Shown here: in pieces, positions 53,473-63,600 of the stretch
Position numbering within the stretch: the stretch's first letter is position 1
Layout of the letters: every line of letters starts with the position of its first letter
Assembly (NCBI GenBank): GCA_013415865.1
Contig: CP058896.1
Coordinates: forward strand, 267,957-331,956
Direction: 5' to 3'
Source of the DNA: Methanomassiliicoccales archaeon
GTDB lineage: Archaea > Thermoplasmatota > Thermoplasmata > Methanomassiliicoccales > UBA472
DNA: 64,000 bases
The notes under the pieces: generated by a model
What the model saw: the letters and a program-made list of their open reading frames with translations, nothing else
What the model was told of the DNA's origin: nothing
Database searches by the model: none
Position numbers and translations under genes: made by a program

Positions 53473-55407
53473 ATGGACAGGTCGAGCTACCTAGAGGCTT
53501 TCATTGAAGAGGTGAAGGAGAACCTCGAGGCGGTCAACAAGATGTTGCTCCAGATAGAGGAGACCGGCTATGACGATGGCGCGATGAACGAGGCCTATCG
53601 TCTGCTTCACACCGTGAAAGGGACCGCCGGCGTGGTCGGTGTTCTCCCCGTCCAAGAGGTCGCGCACATCATGGAGGACCATCTGGATGTGCTGAGGTCG
53701 GAGAAGCGCTCTCCCCCCAAGGAGCTGATGGACATGTTCTTCAAGGCCCTTGACACCATAGAGAGGATGATCTCGGAGCTCGAAGAAGGTTCCAATATAG
53801 TGACCGATGCCAGCGATATCGTTTCAAAGCTGAAGGAATGCAAAGGGACGGCCACGCTCGATATTTCCCCCGAAAAGAGCGGGGCCCATGAAACATCGAG
53901 GCTTGTTCTTACCGATGAGATGGCCATCGAGGCCGAGAGGGCGTCAAAAGAAGGGAAGGTACCCCATCTGGTCAAGATAACTTTCGAGGCGGACCTGAAG
54001 ATGAGGGAGGGGCGTGCCTATCAGCTGAGGAAAAAAATCTCCGAAAAAGGGGACCTCATCGCCATGATGCCTGAGATGGGGTCCGTGAACGATGAGACCT
54101 CCGAAATGGAGTTCTTGGTGGCGACCAGGTGCGAAGCGGACGAGCTGAGGCGGATCGCCATGGACGTCATCGGTGTCTATGATTCCAAGGTCACGAGGAT
54201 GGAGCAGGTGCAACCCATCAGGAAAGAGGCCAACGGACAATGCGACGTGAAGGAGCAGCCGGGGAGCTCGTCCACAACCATCAGGGTCAAGAGCAAGCTC
54301 CTGGACCAGATGCTGGACCTGGTCGGGGAGATAATGATAAACAACATCCGCGTCAATCAGATAGCGAGCAATCTCAAGAACAGAGAGCTGAAGCAGTCCC
54401 TGCAGAACAACGCCAGATTGATGACGCAGATGCAGGAGATCGTCCTAAGGACAAGGATGGTCCCTGTGGATTTCATATTCAAAAGGTTCCCAAGGATGGT
54501 CCGGGACATATGCAATGACCTTGGGAAGGATGTTGACTTCGTGATGAAGGGGACGGACATAGAGATAGACCGTGCCCTCCTTGACAGGATCGGAGAGGCC
54601 CTGGTGCACATTCTCAGGAACGCCGTCGACCACGGTATCGAACGGCCGGACCAGAGGGTCGCCTCCGGTAAGAGGCCGAAAGGGTCCCTCATCCTTTCCG
54701 CGTTCCAGGAACAGAGCAATGTCATCATAACTATCGAGGATGACGGGAAAGGGCTTGATTACAAGAAGATCGCCGCCAAGGCGGTGGAGAAGGGGCTGGT
54801 CCATGAGGAAGAGGTGGCCGTAATGGACGAGAAGGAGATCCTTAACTTCATATTCCTCCCTGGGTTCAGCACCGCCGACAAGGTCACGTCGGTCTCCGGA
54901 AGGGGCGTGGGATTGGACGTCGTCAGAACGAAGATCGAGGGCATGGGGGGATTCGTCAAGGTCGAGTCACAGCCCGGCAAGGGGACGAAGTTCACCCTCA
55001 GGCTTCCCCCGAGCATGTCCATCATAAGGGCGATGCTCGTGGAGATCAACCAAGAAAAATACGCCATACCGCTCGACAATGTCAGAGAGACCGTAAAAGT
55101 GCCCGTGGACAGCATCAGGGAGTTCGCTGGCAACGGGATGTTCAGGTTGAGGGATGAGGTCCTGCCGGTCCTGAGCGTTGAAGAGGAGTTCGGCGGGACC
55201 AGGTCGGAAGGCCATGATGTTTCGGCGGTCATCGTTGAGAAGAACGACTCGAGGGGGTGCCTGATAGTGTCCAAATTGATCGGACAACAGGAGATCGTCG
55301 TCAAGAACGTCGACAGAAGCCTCCGCTCCACAGGATTCTTCTCAGGGGCCACGATCCTCGGGGACGGCAAGGTGGCGATGATATTGGACGTGGGGGCGTT
55401 CCTATGA
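53473..55407 (+). CDS. cheA: Chemotaxis histidine kinase CheA
   Basis: The Hpt motif is LLHTVKGTAG. The kinase core is HILRNAVDHGIE, EDDGKGLD and GRGVGLDVV. The C-terminus is a CheW-like domain. Confidence 0.95.
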   Translation: MDRSSYLEAFIEEVKENLEAVNKMLLQIEETGYDDGAMNEAYRLLHTVKGTAGVVGVLPVQEVAHIMEDHLDVLRSEKRSPPKELMDMFFKALDTIERMISELEEGSNIVTDASDIVSKLKECKGTATLDISPEKSGAHETSRLVLTDEMAIEAERASKEGKVPHLVKITFEADLKMREGRAYQLRKKISEKGDLIAMMPEMGSVNDETSEMEFLVATRCEADELRRIAMDVIGVYDSKVTRMEQVQPIRKEANGQCDVKEQPGSSSTTIRVKSKLLDQMLDLVGEIMINNIRVNQIASNLKNRELKQSLQNNARLMTQMQEIVLRTRMVPVDFIFKRFPRMVRDICNDLGKDVDFVMKGTDIEIDRALLDRIGEALVHILRNAVDHGIERPDQRVASGKRPKGSLILSAFQEQSNVIITIEDDGKGLDYKKIAAKAVEKGLVHEEEVAVMDEKEILNFIFLPGFSTADKVTSVSGRGVGLDVVRTKIEGMGGFVKVESQPGKGTKFTLRLPPSMSIIRAMLVEINQEKYAIPLDNVRETVKVPVDSIREFAGNGMFRLRDEVLPVLSVEEEFGGTRSEGHDVSAVIVEKNDSRGCLIVSKLIGQQEIVVKNVDRSLRSTGFFSGATILGDGKVAMILDVGAFL

Positions 55408-55414
55408 GAGAAGG

Positions 55415-56110
55415 GTGTATGTACAGCTACTTAAGGAGCGTGAAAAGAAGATGATCGGGCCTCAGGGAGGGACCCTTTATAACGAGAGAACGGAGGATGT
55501 CGAGTTCAAGGAGATCGAGATCGATGCATTGAGGGAAGCTGGCAACATTGGCGCCTCTCATGCGAGCACGGCGCTGTCAAGCCTGATAAAAGCGACCGTG
55601 CTCGTCGATGTACCTGACTGTATCGTTTGTCGGACCGAGAAGCTACCCCGCTCCATCGGAGAGCCTTTCGAGACCACCGTCGCCACGTTCTTCCAGGTGT
55701 ATGGAAAAGGTCAGGGGAACCTCATCATGATAATGCCTTTGGAGACCGCTGGAAGATTGGCCGACCTGATGCTAGGGAGGGCGAACGAGCCCCGGTCGAT
55801 GCTGGACGACGACCAGACGAGCGCGATAGCCGAGATGGGGAACATATGCACGTCCGCATATCTCAACGCCATGGCGCAGTTCCTCGGAACGACCTTGCTG
55901 CCATCTCCTCCTGGTGTGGCCGTCGATTCTCTCCAGGCGATACTGCAGTTCCCGGCACAGCTGGTCGCCCAGGAGGCGGAATATGTGGTGGTGCTGAAGA
56001 CCAGGTTCGTGATCGAGGAGGAGATCTACCGTGGATGCTTCATCTTCCTGCCAGACCCTGAGTCGCAACGCATGCTGTTGGCCAAGTTCAAGGTCGATGA
56101 GATGACATGA
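55415..56110 (+). CDS. cheC: CheC-family CheY-P phosphatase (both active-site motifs intact)
   Basis: There are two copies of D/S-x3-E-x2-N-x22-P: DALREAGN...(22)...P and SAIAEMGN...(22)...P. The start is GTG 55415 or ATG 55451. Confidence 0.85.
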   Translation: MYVQLLKEREKKMIGPQGGTLYNERTEDVEFKEIEIDALREAGNIGASHASTALSSLIKATVLVDVPDCIVCRTEKLPRSIGEPFETTVATFFQVYGKGQGNLIMIMPLETAGRLADLMLGRANEPRSMLDDDQTSAIAEMGNICTSAYLNAMAQFLGTTLLPSPPGVAVDSLQAILQFPAQLVAQEAEYVVVLKTRFVIEEEIYRGCFIFLPDPESQRMLLAKFKVDEMT

Positions 56111-56167
56111 TGAGAACATACATGAACGTCTACCGACCATGTAAGAGAGGATGAAGGGGGACATATC

Positions 56168-57004
56168 TTGAAGAGGACGACCTTCACAGTTGTCATCGTC
56201 CTGTTGGTGATCTCGATCATCGCCGTGTCCTATTGGGGTTTGGTCAACAATAGGTCGGAAGATGAGGAGGTCGTCCCTTCTGGGGACATAGCGAGGGTCG
56301 TCCCCGTCTCGTCAAAGGAGATACATCTCATCATAGGGAAGCTGACAGAAAGATTGCCTTATGAAAAATGTCGTTTCGTGATCGAAGCGCCGGGTTCGAT
56401 CGAGACCGTCGTCTTCGACCTTGATGCCGCGGCGCTCTATTATCAGGCCCCGGTCGACAGCTGCTCCCTCAGCTACGTGAAGTTACTGGACCAGGATGAG
56501 GATGGTATGTTGGAGGAAGGGGACGTGATATCGCTTTTCAATACCCAGGACCTTATGAAAGGTCAATGGACCTTCATTCTCTTATATGGAAGCTTAAGGT
56601 CCTTATCGCTCTATGAGCTGTTCGTCGTACCTGACATGGAACGCACGCCATACGGAAGCTTTCACGATGTCAGGGTCGAATCTGGCTCAAAGGCAGTGAT
56701 CTCGTTCGGTCTCATCAACACGGTCGTCCCGTTCTATTACGTCAAGATACTGATATCGGCGCCGGGCAGCAATGAGACGAGGATATGGAACGTGGAGAAA
56801 GGGGATTCTTACGTTTTCTCTTACAATGGGACGGTCTGGGCTTATGTGTCGGACGCAGACAGGGAGGACATCATCGATTATCTCGACAAGATCGTCATCC
56901 AAGCGACGAACGGCACCCTGGCAAAAGGTGTCTGGAGGATAACTGCCGTGTATGATTTCACCAACGAGATGATATGCCATACCTCCTTCGAGGTCGGCGG
57001 GTGA
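56168..57004 (+). CDS. Hypothetical N-terminally anchored protein with internal two-module duplication, embedded in che cluster
   Basis: 278 aa with an N-terminal TM (TFTVVIVLLVISIIAVSYWGL). It has two similar beta-rich modules: CRFVIEAPGSIETVVFDL...GQWTFILLY and YVKILISAPGSNETRIWNV...GVWRITAVY. I recognise no family. Confidence 0.45.
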   Translation: MKRTTFTVVIVLLVISIIAVSYWGLVNNRSEDEEVVPSGDIARVVPVSSKEIHLIIGKLTERLPYEKCRFVIEAPGSIETVVFDLDAAALYYQAPVDSCSLSYVKLLDQDEDGMLEEGDVISLFNTQDLMKGQWTFILLYGSLRSLSLYELFVVPDMERTPYGSFHDVRVESGSKAVISFGLINTVVPFYYVKILISAPGSNETRIWNVEKGDSYVFSYNGTVWAYVSDADREDIIDYLDKIVIQATNGTLAKGVWRITAVYDFTNEMICHTSFEVGG

Positions 57005-57151
57005 CCCTTATTTGACATTATCAAAATCGAGATATTTGGCGCAAGGGTTTATCAATGGAGAACATGGATTCTGCAAACAGGAAATGACCACGCAGGAATG
57101 CCACTTTTCGGATGGCATGTTGGTTTTGAGGTCCATGGACAAGGTGAACAG

Positions 57152-57562
57152 ATGAGGGTGCTCCTGGCAACAGATGGGAAACCTCATTCCGAGAAAGCGG
57201 TGGAGTACGGCTTTGCGCTGTACAAGCAGTTCAAACCCACCTTTGTCGCGCTTTATGTGGTGGACCCTAGGTCCGGGATCGAGAAGGACAAGGACATAAA
57301 GAACGGGATGCGGGTCCTTGGCCGCCTGAAGATAAGAGGGGCGGACATCGGCATCGAGGTCGCCACGTTGTTGGAGGCCGGGGACCCGATGGAGACCATA
57401 CTGTTGGCGGCGCAGCGCATCAAGGCGGATGCCATCGTCCTGGGGAAGACGACCGACAGGTCGACAGGAGGAGGTCTGCTGGGCGGCAGCAAGAGCATAT
57501 CGGAGTTCATCATCAAGAATTCCACATGCCCCGTGATAGTTGTGAAGTCCGGATCGCCGTGA
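57152..57562 (+). CDS. Universal stress protein (UspA family)
   Basis: ATG 57152 is preceded by AAGGTGA. The protein reads MRVLLATDGKPHSEKAVEYG...ADAIVLGKTT...GSKSISEFIIKNSTCPVIVVK. Confidence 0.8.
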   Translation: MRVLLATDGKPHSEKAVEYGFALYKQFKPTFVALYVVDPRSGIEKDKDIKNGMRVLGRLKIRGADIGIEVATLLEAGDPMETILLAAQRIKADAIVLGKTTDRSTGGGLLGGSKSISEFIIKNSTCPVIVVKSGSP

Positions 57563-57770
57563 CGCTGTTCGTCAAGTGAGGCCTGTATGACGGCGATCGT
57601 ACTGTAAAGATATCGCTATCTGCTATGCTGGCTCGTTATCAAATGTGGTAAAATGATTGTGATGTTCATATACGATCTTGTTGCTTTTTGCATCATCGGG
57701 CCGACCGCAGGTCTGGGGTCGAGGGTCTCGACCTCTTGATGATATCGAGGAGAAGACAAGGTGATGACAC

Positions 57771-58295
57771 ATGAGAAGGAGACGGGAGAAGATCGAGATC
57801 TCAGGGGACGAGGAACAGCTTGTCTCTTTCAAGCTCGGAAAGGAGACCTTCGCCGTGAGCGTCTCCCAGGTCAGAGAGATCGTCAAGGTCCATGACATCA
57901 CGCGCATCCCAAAGATGCCGCATTATGTCGAGGGCGTGATGAACCTACGTGGTCAGGTCACCACCGTCATCGACCTGAAGAAGAGGTTCAACATCTCGAC
58001 CTCGGACGACCAAGGCAGGACGGCGCAGTCGAGGATCATAGTCGCCGAGATCGGGGACAACCAGCTGGGGATAGTCGTCGATTCGATAGAGGACGTCATG
58101 CGGGTGTCAAGGTCGACGATATCGCCACCTCCTAAGACCTTGTCGATGGGGGTCGATACAAGGTTCCTGACAGGTATCTGCAAGACCCCGGACAAGCTGA
58201 TAATGCTCCTCGATCTGAACAACATCATAATCGCGGATGCGGACCCGAACAGGATCGTTCCAACTCAGGAACCAGAGAAAGGTGAAGTGGCATGA
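57771..58295 (+). CDS. cheW: Chemotaxis coupling protein CheW
   Basis: 174 aa. The segment LVSFKLGKETFAVSVSQVREIV...VMNLRGQVTTVIDLKKRF...GIVVDSIEDV has the typical CheW fold pattern. Confidence 0.9.
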   Translation: MRRRREKIEISGDEEQLVSFKLGKETFAVSVSQVREIVKVHDITRIPKMPHYVEGVMNLRGQVTTVIDLKKRFNISTSDDQGRTAQSRIIVAEIGDNQLGIVVDSIEDVMRVSRSTISPPPKTLSMGVDTRFLTGICKTPDKLIMLLDLNNIIIADADPNRIVPTQEPEKGEVA

Positions 58296-58663
58296 GCGAG
58301 CCGAAGTCTGTGCTTATAGTGGACGACTCGATGGTCATGAGGTCGATGATAAAGGACGTTCTTTCAAAGAACGGTTTCAACGTTGTGGGGCAGGCCAAGA
58401 ACGGTCAGGAGGCGGTGGCGTTGTACCAGCAGCTGAGACCGAACCTGATAACGATGGACGTGGTCATGCCTGGTGAGACAGGGATCGATGTCGTCAAGAA
58501 GATAATGGCCGTGGACCCTTCCGCCAAGGTGCTCATGGTCTCCGGACTGAACCAGAAGAACCTGGTCATCCAGGCGATGGAGAACGGCGCGAAGGATTAC
58601 ATCGTCAAGCCTTTCGACCCCCAGGACCTTCTGAGGGCGGCGAACAAGGTGGTAAACGGTTAA
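58292..58663 (+). CDS. cheY: Chemotaxis response regulator CheY
   Basis: 123 aa. The conserved residues are VLIVDDS, ITMDVVMPGETG (phospho-Asp), VSGL and KPF. It has an ATGA overlap with the cheW stop codon. Confidence 0.9.
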   Translation: MSEPKSVLIVDDSMVMRSMIKDVLSKNGFNVVGQAKNGQEAVALYQQLRPNLITMDVVMPGETGIDVVKKIMAVDPSAKVLMVSGLNQKNLVIQAMENGAKDYIVKPFDPQDLLRAANKVVNG

Positions 58664-58677
58664 GACCGGTAGATCAG

Positions 58678-59715
58678 ATGGTCAGAGAGATCACGGTGCT
58701 GGTGGTCGATGATTCGATCGTCATGAGACAGATCATCACCGACATACTGGAAAAGGAGGGGGACATCAAGGTCGTGGGCACTGCGCGGAACGGGCTGGAG
58801 GCCGTACAAAAGGCAAAGGAGCTCGGGCCGGACGTGGTCACCATGGACATCGAGATGCCTGTCATGGACGGCATCACCTCGCTCCAGCGCATCATGGCTG
58901 AGACCCCACGACCGGTCGTGATGCTCAGCGCCGTTGGAAAGAGGCAGGCAGACCTTACGATGAGGTCCTTGGAGCTCGGCGCCGTGGATTTCATCCCGAA
59001 GACGGGCGCATCTCTCTCGATAGACCTTAACATCGAGCAACGTCTCATAAGGGACAAGGTCAGGGCGGCGGCCTGTGTCAAGGTATCGCTCTCAAGGACG
59101 GCCGTTGAGGGGGAGATATCCTACGATGAGGTCAGTTCCACCAGCGGGGACTGGGTCGTCATGATAGGGGCCTCGACCGGAGGGCCAAAGGCACTTCCTG
59201 AGGTCCTGAGAAGGCTCCCTTCCAACCTTCCAGCAGGGATCTGCATCGTCCAGCATATGCCGGAGGGGTTCACCAGGTCCTTCGCCGAGAGGTTGAGCTG
59301 TAGCTCCGAGATCGAGGTGAAAGAGGCCCAGGAAGGGGATGAGATAATGCCGGGCGTGGCCTTGCTAGCTCCAGGGAACCGGCACATGGAGATAATCGAC
59401 CACAAGGTCCATCTGAGCGATGGGCCCAAGATACATTTCGTCAGGCCCGCCGTCGATGTCATGATGAGGTCTGGAGCAAGATGTTATGGACATAGGTCGG
59501 TGGGAGTGGTATTGACCGGGATGGGGAATGACGGGGCGGAAGGGATGATGTGCATCAAGCGTGCGGGGGGGAAGACCATCGTGCAGGATGAGGCGACATC
59601 GGTCGTCTATGGCATGCCCAAGGCATGTGTCGAGCGGGGATGCGCAGATGTCGTCACGCCCCTCGGTTCGGTCGCCAGGCACATAGTCGCGGCTTTGAAC
59701 GACGTGGGAGTTTAG
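58678..59715 (+). CDS. cheB: Chemotaxis methylesterase CheB (REC + methylesterase)
   Basis: REC is shown by VLVVDDSIVMRQ...VTMDIEMPVMDG. The catalytic domain has GASTGGPKAL (Ser), VQHMPEGFTRSFAERL (His) and LTGMGNDGAEG (Asp). Confidence 0.9.
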   Translation: MVREITVLVVDDSIVMRQIITDILEKEGDIKVVGTARNGLEAVQKAKELGPDVVTMDIEMPVMDGITSLQRIMAETPRPVVMLSAVGKRQADLTMRSLELGAVDFIPKTGASLSIDLNIEQRLIRDKVRAAACVKVSLSRTAVEGEISYDEVSSTSGDWVVMIGASTGGPKALPEVLRRLPSNLPAGICIVQHMPEGFTRSFAERLSCSSEIEVKEAQEGDEIMPGVALLAPGNRHMEIIDHKVHLSDGPKIHFVRPAVDVMMRSGARCYGHRSVGVVLTGMGNDGAEGMMCIKRAGGKTIVQDEATSVVYGMPKACVERGCADVVTPLGSVARHIVAALNDVGV

Positions 59716-59735
59716 GCTAAGGATCCTCAGATACA

Positions 59736-60416
59736 ATGGAGAAGGTGATGATCGAAATGGACATGAACGACGAAGGCGGCATCGACGACCTGCAACAGTA
59801 TGCTTTGAAGGAGCTTGGAAATGTCGGGGCGACCTACGCCTTGGCCGCCCTTTCCAACCTGGCCAAGAAACCGATATCGGTGGAATCCACCGAATGCTAT
59901 CTCGAGCCTTTCAGGACAATGCTCCCCCAGTTCGGCAATGTCGGGGACAGGTTCGCGGTGATCAGCATCGATGTCAACTCAGCACAGCTGAGCAGGATAC
60001 TCATGATACTTCCTGCAAAGATAGCGACCTATCTGTCGGACATGATCTTCGGCAAGGAGCACTCGGAAAGGTCCGATTTCCTCGAAGAGGACAAGGACGC
60101 CCTGTACGAGGTCGGCGATATCTGCATAAGGGAATATTTCCAGCCGATAATCCGGTTCCTCAACATCGAGATCATGCCAAATCCTCCAACTGTAGAATAT
60201 CATGAGATAGGCCCACGCCGTTCGGTCTCGAGCTCGCTCTTCGAGCTGCAGAGCGGATATGAGGCGCGCATCGAGACGCTGTTCATCGACGCGGACAAGA
60301 ACTTCCAAGGCATGGTCTGCTTCCTTCCTGATAAGGAGACCAGGGCGCTCGCCTTCCGGAAGTTCGGGGTCGATTATGAGTCGCAGGCAGAGACCTTCAA
60401 GAAGTTCGGTCTATGA
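59736..60416 (+). CDS. CheC-like paralogue with degenerate phosphatase motifs
   Basis: 226 aa with a CheC-like layout. The first motif reads YALKELGN with no Pro at +23. The second reads DALYEVGD, with Asp in place of the catalytic Asn. Confidence 0.7.
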   Translation: MEKVMIEMDMNDEGGIDDLQQYALKELGNVGATYALAALSNLAKKPISVESTECYLEPFRTMLPQFGNVGDRFAVISIDVNSAQLSRILMILPAKIATYLSDMIFGKEHSERSDFLEEDKDALYEVGDICIREYFQPIIRFLNIEIMPNPPTVEYHEIGPRRSVSSSLFELQSGYEARIETLFIDADKNFQGMVCFLPDKETRALAFRKFGVDYESQAETFKKFGL

Positions 60417-60634
60417 GGGCATAATATAATAATATAAAATATTTAATATTATATTTATACCATTTTTAATCATATTATTGATAGGTCCAGATGTCCATGA
60501 ATATCAAAAAAGAGTATCACGCTTGATAACTGGGACACGGGGTATAATACCCCCTTTCCGACATTTTCCTTCACAACGAGGGGTTCGCGCATCTATGGAC
60601 CTCTGAATCGATCTGGATCAAAAGGGGATTGAAA

Positions 60635-63600
60635 ATGGAAGACAAGAAGCTGAACTGTGAAGGCATATTCGAGGCCATGCCGACCGCCGCTCTGATGATG
60701 GACAAGGAATGGAGGATCACTCACTTCAACGCCGCCGCCGAGGAGCTGACCGGCATGCCCAGGACGGACGCCATAGGGATGAAGGCCAAGGACATCTTCG
60801 GGACGCTGGGGAGACGTGGGGACCCTGTGATGGCCGGGATAATGAAAGGGTCGGAGGTCGATGTCCCGAAGTTCAGGTTCACCAATTCCTATGATGAGGA
60901 TGTGGTATGTCATCTGAAGGCCAAGGCGAAGAAGGACGCTGATGGCGCCATAGAGAACGTGGTAGTGTTCCTCGAGCCAGTCAGGAAAGATGACCATACG
61001 CTCAAGGTCATAAACTCGGTCCAGACCCCTATCATCGCCATGGACCGGGATTTCAACATCACGTACATCAACAGACCGGGACTTGAGATGCTCAAGCTGC
61101 CTGAGGACCAGGTCATCGGGAAAAAGTGCCATTCGATATTGAGGACGAAATATTGCAATACCGACAATTGCCTGATAAAAAGGTCGTTCCTAGACGGCAA
61201 GGAGCGTATGGGCGATGCTGTGGTGTCGTTGCCCTCAGGGGAGGTCCCCATAAGGGTGTTCACCTCTTTGATCAGGGATGAGAGGGGAGAGGTCATAGGG
61301 GCGACCGAGCAGTTCTTCGACATATCGAAAGAGCTCGAGATCACAAAGGAGGTCGAGCGGATCGCTGAGGCGGCCAGGCAAGGCAAGGTCAAGGAGAGGG
61401 CGAACGTTGACCGTTTTGATAACAACTACCGGAAGATCGTGGAAGGGGTCAACGATGTCATCAACGCCTATCTGGCCCCCCTTCTGGTCGCGAACTCCTA
61501 TATGGCGAAATTGGCAGCTGGGGAGATGCCACAGAAGATAACGAAGGAATATTCTGGGGACTTCGACAGATTGAAGGTGCACATAAACGAGACCATCGAC
61601 ACCATCAACATGATGGTCTCCGAGACCCAGATGCTTGCCGAGGCATCCGCCAAAGGCGATTTCAGCAGGAGGGCGGACGCCACGAAGCACAAGGGGGACT
61701 ATGCGAAGATAGTCGGTCTTTTCAATGACACCCTGGACCTCATGTCGAGGAAGATCGCTTGGTATGAGCAGATACTCGATTCGATCCCGTTCCCGATCTC
61801 TGTGACGGACATGGACATGAACCTGACCTTCATCAACAAGGCCTCGGAGAAGATCGTGAAAAGATCCAGAGCTGAGATGTATGGAAAACATTGCAGCAAC
61901 TGGAACGGCAAGATATGCGGGACGAGCGATTGCGGCATCATGAGGCTGAGAGGAGGAAACAACCAAACGTTCTCTGACCGCGGTGGGAGGATCACGCAGA
62001 TCACCTGCTCATACCTCAAGGACCTGAACGGTCAGAACATCGGCCACATAGAGGTGCTGCAGGACGTCTCCGCCGCAATGAAGCCTGCGCAGTACAATAA
62101 GATAGAGGTCGAACGTCTTGCCAACAACCTCAGGAACCTTGCAAGGGGAGACCTCAACATCGACCGCTCGATAGGAGAGGCGGACGAGCATACAAAGGAT
62201 GCGCGCGAGAACTTCGTGAAGATCTATGATAGTGTGGGCGAGGTCACCTCGGCCATCGAGCAGATGTCAAAGGACGCCAAGATGCTGGTGGACGCCGCCA
62301 TCCATGGCAGGCTCGACACCAGGGTCGATGCGTCAAGGCACAAGGGCGAGTTCAAGGCGATCGTCGATGGTGTGAACGCCACGCTCAACAGCGTCGTCGG
62401 GAACCTTGAGGCGATACCGACCCCGATCATGTTCATGGACAAGGACCTCAAGATCCAGTACATAAACAAGACCGGTGCGGCGCTCCTTGGAAGGACCAAG
62501 GACGAGCTCCAGAACGGACGTGTAAGGTGCTCGGAGGTATGGAGGACGTCGAAATGTAACACCCCTGGTTGCCCCTGCGCCACCGCGATGAGGACCGATG
62601 ATGTGGCCCAGACGGAGAACGACTGCGTCATCGCCGGGAATCGGATGGACATAGCCTGCGTCGGGGCTCCTTTGAGGGACATGGCTGGCAACGTCGTCGG
62701 ATCGTTCGAGTTCGTGTCGGACCAGACGGCCATAAAGAAGCAGATGAGGGTCTCGGAGAAGCAGAAGAAGTATCTTGACGACGTGGTGAACATCCTTTCA
62801 GAAGGTTTCGAGAGCCTTGCCTCGGGGGACATGACGACCTCCATCGAGATACCGCGGACGGACGACAAGGACCTGGAATCTTCGCAGATGGTCATGTTGG
62901 AGATCGGCGAGGCCATCGAGAAGTTCAGGCAGGGGATAGTCGAGCTGTTGACCGAGGTCAACAGGTCAGTGGACCTAGTGTCCTCGACCTCTCAGGAGCT
63001 GGCATCTTCCGCTGAGGAGATGAACGCCTCCACAGAACAGGTCTCCTCGGCGATACAGCAGATATCGAAGGGCGCGCAGAACCAGGCCGCCCAGGTGGAG
63101 GACACGGCGAAGATAATGGCGGACATCGCATCCTCCGTCGAGGTCGTGGTCGAGAGGTCCAACAAGGCCATGCAGACCGCCCAGGGAGGTTCCAAGAGCT
63201 GCGCTGAAGGAATGGTCACGGTGCAGAACACGGTCAAGAAGATGCGGGAGATCGAGAGGTCCTCGGCCGAATCCGCAAATGTGATCAACACCTTGGGACA
63301 GAGGTCCGAGGAGATAGGGCAGATCGTCGATGTCATCACGAGCATATCGGACCAGACCAACCTCCTTGCGCTCAATGCGGCGATCGAGGCCGCAAGGGCC
63401 GGCGAACAGGGAAGAGGGTTCGCGGTCGTGGCGGAGGAGGTCAAGAACCTCGCTGAGGACAGCAGAGAGGCGGCCGAGAGGATCGCGAAGATCGTCAAGG
63501 ACGTCCAATCGATGACGCTGAAGGCCGTCGAATCGATACGCTCCGGGAGCAAAGAGGTGACCGAAGGAGTGAGCGCCGCCGAGATGGCAGGAAAGGCCTT

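Noticed and set aside
60538-60553. The GGGGTAT-A-ATACCCC palindrome upstream of the MCP gene could be an RNA hairpin or terminator.
   Set aside because: A 1-nt loop is sterically impossible for an RNA hairpin. It could still be a DNA-binding site, but with a single copy and no partner evidence I do not call it.
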